From positions 20,894,001 through 20,958,000 of the forward strand of contig CM120642.1 of NCBI GenBank assembly GCA_051362555.1: a DNA stretch of 64,000 nucleotides. The letters are read 5' to 3'. Under the pieces are notes generated by a model that made no database searches, was not told the origin of the DNA, and saw only the letters and a program-made list of their open reading frames with translations. The stretch's first letter is position 1, and each line of letters starts with the position of its first letter. This stretch comes from Lingula anatina. Taxonomy: Eukaryota > Animalia > Brachiopoda. Position numbers and translations under genes: made by a program. Positions 28,301 to 38,349 of the stretch are shown here, piece after piece.

Positions 28301-31300
28301 AAACATTTGTATTTATGTACACAGAAATGGTGATTTTGGGGTGATTTTTACCTTAAAATGACCAAACCCCCCCCCTTTTAACCCAAAATGAAATGACCCA
28401 ACCAAAATGATGTATCTATTTGCACTCATTGATCATGAAATCATATGGTTAGACATATAACAAGCCATCTTTGAACTGATATTTAAAGATTTACATGAGA
28501 AATATGTGATTTGAGGGAGCGTTTGGTGGCCATTTTTGAAAATCGCTTGATACCAATATCAGATGTAATTAAAAACAAAAATACTTATTAGATTTGTATT
28601 CAGCAACCAAAATGGCCTAAGAATCCACTTGTCTGAAATTAAATTTCCCAAAAAAGCTTTCATTTGCCCACCCCTACCAATAGTGCTAAGAAAGCGTCAG
28701 CAGTGAGTCCAAATGAAATAATTTAGCATCTTAAAGTAATTTTTTAAAGAGACTTGATGGGGGGGGGGGGGGCAACTTCCCCCGGGGTCCACCTATGCCA
28801 CCTGTAGATGTTTGCAACAGTATGTCCCATGTTATGTTCAAACTCAAAAATGTTCCTTATTGAAATGGAATTTGATTAATCTTTTATTTCAGCTCCTACT
28901 GAAGACAACTTAAATACGTTCGTGGAATACGTGTGGACGTTTAATATTTCCCGAATAATAATGCTCACACCGACTGTAACATATAACACGGTAGGTTTAA
29001 AGCTTGCAAACATCGCACGTGGATAGCAACCAACAAGTATTTATTTTAACGTAACTTGTCCACAATATGGATCAAATGGAGTAACAATGCAATTTTTCAT
29101 ATCACTCCTCATTAATAATAATAATAATAATAGTAACTTTAAAAAAACTATATCTACTGCTATTTCCGTTGCTGCGAATTAACTTCTCACAAGTGTTGTG
29201 TATATAATTTGCCATTTTTCTATGGGGACTGCGTAAATATAAACACATATTGTTAAGGAAACAATTTTGTGGTTCAATTTTCTACTTAGCGTCACTGCTA
29301 TGAGTACTGGCCTACGTCTGTAAAGCTGCCTCTCAACTGTGGCGACATCCAGATAGAGCTGGTGGCCTCAGTGACCCGTGCAGACTGGATCAAGAGAACT
29401 TTAAGCTTGAGAAAGGTACGGTGGTGTCCCCTGCTACTTTTACAACAGCTTTGGATACTTACTTTACATCAGGACAGGCAGAAGTTAGTTGGCTAACTGG
29501 AATTAAAATTCAAAACCGTTTCACGTAATAAAGATGCACGATAAGGTCAAAGGACCAGTTATTATTTAAACATCGATGTGCAAGGCTTAAAATATTCGGA
29601 GAAAAAAACAAACAAACAAATAAATAAATATTATTATTATAAACCCCATCAGTTTTTACAACAAAAACACAGGCAGGTGCCTAGTCCTTAAAAGAAATAT
29701 CCGTTTGTTTTGGGCCTTTTGAAATGAGTTTGCAAGTCGGTCATAATCTTTCATTCTCACCCTTCACGCCGGGTTCTCTTGCTATTCTTTGCACAGGAAG
29801 GTTTTGGGTCTCCCAGACAGATAGAACAATACCAGTTCAAATCCTCGCCTGACACGTGTGTGGATCCTTCTGTGCTGCTTAGCGTGCGACGGTACATACT
29901 TAAGTCCAAGAGAACCTGCAATGCCCCATGCGGCCCTGTACTGGTGCATGGAGGGTAGGTTGGGCCCCTATGGCATCATTCAGAATAGCGGACTAACTAG
30001 TCCGGGGGTCAAATATGGCCGACCCACTTGAATACTTCCCCACGGGATATCTGTTCAATGTCTATTAGCAGATTAGACGACAAGTTTTGTGGTGGGTCGC
30101 CATTTTTGAACATCGGACTAGTTAGTCCCCTATTCTAAATGGGGCCTATTCAACAGAGTAGGGCAAAAATCATACCCAAGACAATTGGGAGGTTTTTTTT
30201 TATTAAAGAATATCAGGTCCTAATAATGAGAGACCAATAGAATACAAAATCATGTTGTTACATTGTTCTCACAGTTTTAGCAAATCATCTGCATGCTCAT
30301 GTTGCGTCGGAAGACAGTATATATATTAATATTAGCGTAGTCATTGTTTATTTACATTCAGACATAATTTTGACATGGCGGGCACATACATTGCTATAGA
30401 AGAGAGCCTGGACAGAATGGAAGACACCAAAAGCGTCCAGATATTTAACTTCGTATTACATCTTAGAAAGAAAAATCCTAGGATGGTGGAAACGCTTGTA
30501 AGTTAATAAGTTGATATCTTGTCCCCGGGACTAGCAGTCTTTCAAAATTTTAGTTAAAAGTGCCATTTATGCTCATCGCGAGTCGACTGAATAATGCCCC
30601 GGCGTGTCTTTAACTGAAAACATTTTAGTAAATTTATTCCATTCGTTCTTGTAATGATCTTATGGCAGTTCTATTGTGGGTGTATGTATTTATTATTTAC
30701 CTGTATGAGGTGGCTAATAAGTAAATAAATGTTTATATATAAATAGTAAGATATGGATTGATCATCAGATATTTTGAGCCTTCAGTGAATCTGGCAGTAT
30801 TAATCTGTAGGTGTCATTAATATATTAATCTATTTTCTATGTAAATTTTTGTATGATTTATTTTGCTTGCAGCAAAGTTACCAACTTATCTACCAAACCG
30901 TTATCTTGCATACTCTCTGTGATGATACTTCTCTGACAAGAAATAAAATGGACGGCCTACTGAAATTCTTACTTCTTCGCTGTCCAGATTCAGGCAAATC
31001 TGGTTTTGACGTAGAATTTGGGGTGAGACAAACTGCGAAGCAAATTTATAGACCTTTTTAGAATGGGGGGGGGGGGGGGGGGATAATCCGAGGCAAAAAC
31101 AAATGCCTTTGGTTTACAAAACCCTCCTCTTTTGTCAAGGTTAACCTACCGATTGTAATTTTACCATTCTGAGTAGTTTAATTCTCCTCCGTATATGCAT
31201 AGATCAACACCACCATCTAAAAAGAAAGTGGGAAAATATTAATCATATATTGCAGTTTACCTGAAAACTTGTTTTCTTTTAATTAAGAATGAACTAATAA

Positions 31301-34300
31301 TGTTGGGCACCTATCAAGAGGTACATTTGTTAGTATTATAAATCTTGCCAGAGTAAAAGGCATCGTAAATCTAAGAATTGTTATCGTTTGGTCTTCCATG
31401 AGCTGCTGAACAAGCTGACGCCCTCTCTGACGACAGGCGACTGTGCTGCCGGACACCGGAGAGAAAACAAAATGAAGAACAGACAAAATTATGCACTGCC
31501 ACGTACGTATACGAGGAAATGTAAATTGTACAGAAATAAACAAAGGAAGATGTGTTGGAGCAAGGTTATAAACGATGGAATAGTCCAGCAATTATAAAAC
31601 ATCTGTGATTTCAAATAAGTTCAATGTCAATATAAGACAAAATACATCATTCAACCAGTTCATTTTTTCATTATAATTTCATACTCTAACATAATGTGAT
31701 TATCTAGTTGATTTCTTACTGTGATCAAATATGCAAATTATGGCAAATTATTCCCAACTGAAAACGAAAAACCAAATGTCCTTAGTAAGGTAGCGTGGGT
31801 TGATGCATAATGCCATAGTCAGCCAAAGTACGTAAATGTTAGTCCATGAGAAATTCCAGCGAAAAGTTAGGAACTAAGAGCGCATTCAAATTGATCCGCG
31901 GGCTGATGTTCTGTGCTTCCAAGTGGTACACTGTCTGGTTGCAGTGCTTTTGTAATTGATTTACCTGACGACTGGATTGCACAGTGTACTAAAGCTGTGC
32001 ATGGCGTTGTTGTTAAAGGGTTACCTTGAATCTGTTCTTTAATCAGTTTTCCCTCAATATTGCCAAAATGTGAGATGAGAGCACTCCCTAGAATTTAATG
32101 CAACTGTTCGATAGTAGGAATAACGAACACAGTTATGGTATGCCATGTCTCATAACGGGCGCTGGTTTTCAGGGGATAGCTGCCGTCCATACCTGTCTAC
32201 TGTGGTCGGCTACAGGGAAAACGACTACATCAACGCTGTTTATGTTAACGTGAGTACCTTGGAACATTCAGAGTTTTTAATAGAAAGATACACCAAAGTT
32301 TTTTGTTCTTAAAATGACATAAAATTAAGCCACTATTTAAATTAGAAAATTATGTTAAAAGAACTAGGATCAGTTTCCGAAAGTGATGAAAAACATTGTT
32401 TTTAATATACCTAGAGTTTCCATCGAGAAAGGGAGTTCATCGTTACACAGTGGCCTCTTGAGAACACAAAGGACGACATGTGGAGAATGATGTATGACTG
32501 TGAAGTGGCGACATTAGTGCTGTTAGATCATATCACCACCAGGTTTGCCTCGTGGGTAAGTGAGGGGGTAGAGAAAGTTGAGGCTAGAGAGTTATGTTTT
32601 TCTCAATTATAGCAAAGAGGCCAATGTACCAGTAGAAGAGCAATATTTTATTTAGTTTCATTTTAATTAAATTTCTTACAATTGACTCAGCAGAAACAAA
32701 GTCCCAAAACCGTAAAAACTCCCCGCTGCTTCAGTATGAAAAAAAATTCTAAGGTTCTTCTACTTTCGTTGCTCCGCCGTCATCAGTCATTTTCACTGTA
32801 ACGAGAACTTACCCTGTGGCAACGAGTGGCAACTTAACATGATAACAGTTAAGTAATGTTTAACAAAAATGGATAAACCAGCAATATATATAAAACACGT
32901 TTGAGATTTTCTAAAGAATTACTCACAATCCAACGGCGGATGGAGGCCGTCTTCTGGGTCTTCCAGAAGACGATCAGAATTTTTCAACTTCACATTGACG
33001 GGCGGCTAATTTTTTTATCCGAAAACGGTCAAGATTTTTCAAGATTTCGTTAACGAACTTCTTGCTTTGTCTGTGACGGTCTTCCGTGACTTTCTTACTC
33101 ACTTCGGTGACAGTAGATGCCATGAAACTATAGTCGCCTAGTTTGGTTTAGGTCATATTAAAAGCTGATTCACTTTATCAAAATGACACGATTCAGAGCT
33201 GGACCTCTGAGGACGTGTGTTTTGACAGCCCCCCCTTTGCAGAGTGAGGATGCGTTGAAGGTGTGGGGGGTATATGGTCGCATTCAGAACAGATGATCCT
33301 CGGATCTACTGGTCTGCGGATCAAATATGGCGGACCCGACATGGAAGCAAGACCTCCTAATCCCTTAATGGTCTTCCCGCCTCCAAACGCGCCTCCCCTT
33401 GGCGGGCCTAGCAATTAAACGCCTCAGCCGAAATTTTAAACTCTAGAATGCTTAATGGCAATCAATCAAAGTGAACAAAAGTAGTATTTATTCTTATTTT
33501 TTCTTTAAAAAAAAGAAAAATTCCTGAAACTGCCATTATATTGTGGTAGTCTCTTCAAAAGATCTCTTTGGTTTTAAATAACCTAGCTGCTATAATGTCC
33601 AGTGTCAGGTTATAATTTTTTGGAAAATGATAACTTAACAAAATGTAATATTATTTATTTTAATTGGGCATTCTGGCATTTTATACTAGTTAAATCTTAA
33701 AATCGTATATGCAATTGTCATTGTAACATTGGTTGCCATGGCAACAGTGTCATTGTATTTGTTTATTATTCATCTTAAATTAATATATTGAGTACCAAAA
33801 CAGTGTCTCCCATTTCATATTAGTTGAAAAATTCATTATAATGCGTAAAAAATTCAAATTGTTACCATTGCAACAGCTATCAAAATGGTAGTTTCCATTA
33901 GCTATAGATATATTCGAAGCCATTTATTTTTTATTTTTAGTGATGACTCATATTTGTAGCATAAATTGCATCTAAAGAAGGGGAGACCGGGGCTAGTTGG
34001 ACCCCGGGGTAAGTCCCCCCCCCCCCACCCCAATCAATTTGTGAAAAAGTAACTACGGAGTGTAAAAATTAATCACATCATTTAGTAAAGTGACCGTATC
34101 CAATAGTGCTAAGAAACCTTGTATAAATAACTGCGATCCTTTACAATTAAAAATGTGCACCCGGGGCTAGTTTCTCCCTCGGGGCAAGTTGGATCCTCAT
34201 ATGACCACAATCCTTTGCGCGCAACAGAGCTAAAGACCATTCTTAAAACAAACTCAGTGGTTTGTTAAAGGTACATCCTAACCGAGCATAGGTGGAGTGG

Positions 34301-36483
34301 ATGGATGGATGGATTCCCATTTACACATATAAACCACTTCTACTATTTTCTTATACGACTCAAATAAATTCGACATGCGAAGGGATAAACTCAATAGATC
34401 ACTCGATCGGCAGTAAAAGAACTAAAGACTGCTTCTTTCTTTAATTTTTGGTCCAAAATTTAACCTACTTTCGTGACCTACTTTTATGCCCCATTGACAT
34501 ACAGCATAGAATGCTAGCAGAAAAATTTGTTCAAACATCATTTTCAGGTGAAATTATACAATGCCTTTTGGTAATTCTCTTAGTTATACTACTTGAAACT
34601 ATATGTTGGCACATGGTTGGCTTTTGTGGCCAAAAATACACTTTATATGCATCTTTAAATAATTACCAGTTTAAAACTGAATTTGTTAGTTTCTTTTAAA
34701 ACGAAAATTTATTATTCGTTTTCATTCATTAAAAACTTGCTTTATACCATTATTAGTTCATTCTTAATTAAAACAAAACAAGTTTAATTAATAGATATTT
34801 TGGTTCTTGTAACACATACCGCGTGCCATACAGAAACCTCATTAAATCTGCCTCACTTGAACTACTGTATTTATTCATCAAAGACTCTCAAAATCAATTT
34901 AATAAATCAAAAATGTGTAAAAATGTATTTCAAGGCGTTTACATGGGATACTTACTTCATTTTCGTGAACGGTGCCAACTTGTCCCGACCCTGGCGTCAA
35001 TTGCGTTTTTTGTCAAATTGTGAACCATCTGGCATTATATTTGAGAAATAATGACGATGCATACGTAGCGAAATTCATGGGGCTTACTTTGAAACCGGTT
35101 TTGTTACTCTAACTCATTTCTTGTTGGCTCTACAAAGGCAAAAGTGTCTCACTGGGTCAACTAGCCCCAGTTTCCCCTAGCCTTTGAACAGTGGTTTTGA
35201 AGCATTACAGTTGAAAAATCAAAATAAAGTATTGATCACTATTGATATTTAGCAACGGTTGCAATGGAAATAATGGATAAATTCCAGAAAATTATATATT
35301 GTCAGATTCCTCTTGGCATAGTGTAACTCTAAACTGTCCTCAAAATTTCAATTTTGGTTGATCGGTCAATTTGGTGACACATTTGTCTTTAAAACTGTTA
35401 GGCCAACGTAGGCCTATCCTTTCATATAAGACCATTTCAAAATTTTGTGGCCGAGTGGCATTGTCGTAAATTTAGTTACTTTTGATTGGATTACTTGATT
35501 TTCAAAAAATAAATTGCTTTGGAAAGCTCTTGAATTGAACTATCTGATAATATCCATTAGGCTGATAGGGGGCCTATCAATTTTACTTCGAAAGTTAGCC
35601 TGACCTCCCTAATATAAATTATTTTCAGCTTTGTACGTTTACCGACTAAAACTTAATTAAAATCTTTATTAAAAACATTTGAATCCACTTCCGATAAACA
35701 TCTAATATTTCCATTGATTGTGATTGTTTATGTAGGCCCTATCTCTTTAAAATCTCTGCACCGGCATCGTTACAGATTAGAACATCACTTCCGGCCAGTT
35801 TATTATCCAAAGCAATCTAATTTGCATATAAGAGAAAAATGCAGTATATTTCTTGATTTCGAGTTTTGTACACATTTCCCACTATCTTTAAAGAGAAATA
35901 CTCATTTATGCTAAAAAAAAGCTTTGAAAGATTTGATCGACACGCGCTATTTATTAATCAAATCACGGTAAAACAACTTTCATATCACAGACGAGAATCA
36001 CGTTTCCACGCCGAAGTAAAAAAATTGTTAAATAGCGCTGATAACTGCACTGGCCGAAAGTAGGTCAATTGCCTGTATAAAAATCCCGTACGATTATCGA
36101 TTTTTGTGTATGGACCGTTTTTGGGGAGACACATAAAAGAAAATTATCAAGATGGCAGCAAAATATTTAGGACTCTTGGAACCTCTGAAAAGCATAGTAT
36201 ATGAAAAAATGTTAAAGGGCGAAAAACCAATTAGTTTATCCAGTTTTGCGCCGTAAAAAATTGCAGACATCTTGGCAGAATCTTTATTTCACCAGTCTCT
36301 CCCCCATAAGCTGCAGACCGCGTTAACAGCTTCGCCGTAGATAAACGCGTGATATGAACCAGCAAACGATAGTGTGAAAGAAACAAGGGGCAGTGTTGGG
36401 CGGATGAAGGGGGGGGGGGGTTACTCCCGTCACTTTTTCCAGTCACGTCAGTCTTAAGAGCCGGATGAGTGGAGGGGAGGGGC

Positions 36484-36537
<54 letters not shown>

Positions 36538-38349
36538 GCGTGGGGGTGGGGATGAGGGACTGGCGCCAACAAAGATATTTAGAAGACTTTCAGATAATAT
36601 CTCTAGATCCGCCCTGACCGTCAATCTAATTAAGCCAGGTCACCATTTTTTACAGCAATATCCTCAGTTCTGGCCTGCCGCCATTGGACGCAAGGTTTCG
36701 TACGGCGCGTTCTGGGTGACTTTGATAGGTGAACGGCGGCATATGGGGGTTGCGGAAAGGACGTTAAAGATTGAACGGGTGATCTATATATATGATAAAT
36801 AGAAATAAGTTACACAAGTAAGGTAAATCTAAAAAAAAAAGTGCAATCAGCTAGGTTAGAAAATATAATGTTTCATAAATCTCAGTAAGAGCCATTTTCT
36901 CTATTTTGATATACATTTCTCTCTCTCTCTCTCTATATATATATATTTTTTCTCTTTTTTTAGAAACCAAGACCAGGGCTAAAGATGGATGACTTGTTCC
37001 AGTTAGTGGAGGTAAGGGTGTAGTTGGGCCAATGCATCAAAATGCTACCAAGTCTTCATAGACTGCTATTAGGATCATGGAAAAAGGAGTAGTAATTGTT
37101 ATCAGGAAAAGTTGTGTTAGGCTGCATGAAAGGGGAGGGGGAGGCAGTTCACTTTGGTTTTATCCCCACACGATGCAACTCGGTTTCAATTTCATGCTTC
37201 ACCCTTGTGCCTTCCAGAATGAAAAACAAAATCAAACTATATTTGGTCTTCTTGAGAAACTGAAAGCAACTGAATCAAATAATGCAATGAGGACTCAGAT
37301 AGTACGCATGTTTCAACTGCAATCCTGGCCAGACAAAGAAAAGCCGAGTACAGAGAGCCTGGAGTCCATCTTGTATCTGAACAGACTGGTGGAACTATGG
37401 CAGCAGAACATGGCCTTGTACAGAATAGACAGGCCTGCTGTTTGTGTTGTATCCAAGTGAGAACATTAACAGATATTATATAATGCCGTATTTATAATAA
37501 AAGTAACAGATTTTACAAGGATTTACAGCAGCTCTATAACTTAAACTGCCTTTCATCTCAACCCCAGAGTTATGATATTAATAAACTAAATTCCCACACT
37601 GTCCTTCATTGCATTGAACTTTTATGTATATTTGTTGCATTTTCACTTTGCATAAAAATGTGATTTTTGAGAGAATGAAAATAATGTTTATGTACTTTTA
37701 TTGCATTTTCATTTCGCAAGAAAATGCCATTTTTGAGCAAATGACAAAAAATATATCACATGGGTCTTTTATTGGTGGCAAAGAAAAAATTTATAAAAGT
37801 GATACAATGCAAGTTCCCTACTTAATCTATTTGTAGCTGGCAATGGGGCAATTTGTTATTGCAGGGATGGTGCTGAGCGCTGTGGAGTGTTCTGTACTCT
37901 GAACCAAGCTTTAGATGAACTCGGAGAAGAAGGGACAGTGGACATATTTTCAGCTGTAAGGCGAGTCCGGAATAATCGTCCTGAGTTGATCAAGGACACG
38001 GTGGGTACTGCTGCCTTCAGTTCAGATATTCTAAACTTTTTTTCCAAAAAATACTAAAGGTTCCTGTTGAGCAAAGCTGATTCAGACTTATAGGCAAAAT
38101 TGATGAATACCTGTAGATCATTTCCAATGTCAGGTTCCTAATTTTTGTCATCGTTCATGAATCTGCTATTATATATAATTAATAATACACACATTTTGCC
38201 ACCAGGCGGAGTATAGGCTATGTTATAAGTTGGTGCAGCATGAAACCAGATATCAACCAAGTTTTGATGGCAACCATAATACCTCCCCTCTCAGTCCACA
38301 GACAGCACTTGCGCTGTCACAGGATGAGGACTTCGAGCATCCGGTTTGA
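21975..38349 (+). CDS. Receptor-type tandem-domain PTP-like pseudophosphatase, paralog B (complete, 20 coding exons, about 733 aa)
   Basis: Exons 21975-22005, 22713-22830 (TM segment ILWTCICGGGSFLVLTAVVLYTFW), 23143-23207, 23534-23646, 23833-23911, 24168-24250, 26227-26263 (GYKKRNAYIVLQ), 28893-28990 (PTEDNLNTFVEYVW..IIMLT), 29290-29415 (CYEYWP), 29797-29954 (SSPD..PVLVHG), 30362-30497, 30873-31022, 31403-31502 (ENKMKNRQ), 32173-32249 (NDYINAVYVN), 32415-32555, 36656-36778, 36964-37011, 37218-37456 (SWPD..VCVVSK), 37865-38000 (DGAERCGVFC), 38206-38349. The exons sum to 2202 nt, all phases join and there are no internal stops. The 37/98/136/150-nt exons fit the usual RPTP layout. The first six exons are less certain than the PTP-domain exons. 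Confidence 0.87.
22020..22189. mobile_element. MITE with CAGGCCCGTAGCCAG TIR
   Basis: CAGGCCCGTAGCCAGGGGGGGTTCG ... CGAACCCCCC..CTGGCTAAGGGCCTT; internal AAAAGGTCCACT twice. Confidence 0.7.
22302..22350. repeat. Poly(A) tract
   Basis: About 49 A. Confidence 0.9.
24498..26089 (+). mobile_element. Tc1/mariner element copy B (1592 bp, uninterrupted, dead transposase) in an intron of paralog B
   Basis: Same 28-bp TIR and TA TSD as copy A, opposite orientation, highly similar along its length. Confidence 0.93.
26689..28676. mobile_element. Non-autonomous TIR element (TAGGGGTGGGCAAATG ends) with 7-bp TSD CCAATAG
   Basis: Perfect 16-bp terminal IR extending imperfectly for about 100 bp. TSD at 26682-26688 and 28677-28683. 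The unoccupied target sequence GTATCCAATAGTGCTAAGAAA is present at about 34096-34116. Confidence 0.88.
27310..27993. mobile_element. PIF/Harbinger-like non-autonomous element rich in GAATG/CATTC, nested in 26689-28676
   Basis: Starts AAAGCCCCCTGTCACACT, with a degenerate complementary end AGTTTGACTAGGTTATAA and dense GAATG/CATTC motifs. Confidence 0.55.
29962..30146. mobile_element. Hairpin MITE just downstream of the D1 signature exon of paralog B
   Basis: AGAATAGCGGACTAACTAGTCCG..ATGGCCGACCCAC pairs with GTGGGTCGCCAT..CGGACTAGTTAGTCCCCTATTCT. Confidence 0.75.
33980..35177. mobile_element. Non-autonomous TIR element (GGGGAGACCGGGGCTAGTTG ends; pogo/Tc1-like, tentative)
   Basis: Left GGGGAGACCGGGGCTAGTTGGACCC, right GGGTCAACTAGCCCCAGTTTCCCC followed by TA. 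The motif recurs internally at about 34160-34195. Confidence 0.7.
36485..36539. repeat. (TG)n(AG)n compound microsatellite
   Basis: Read directly. Confidence 0.9.
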
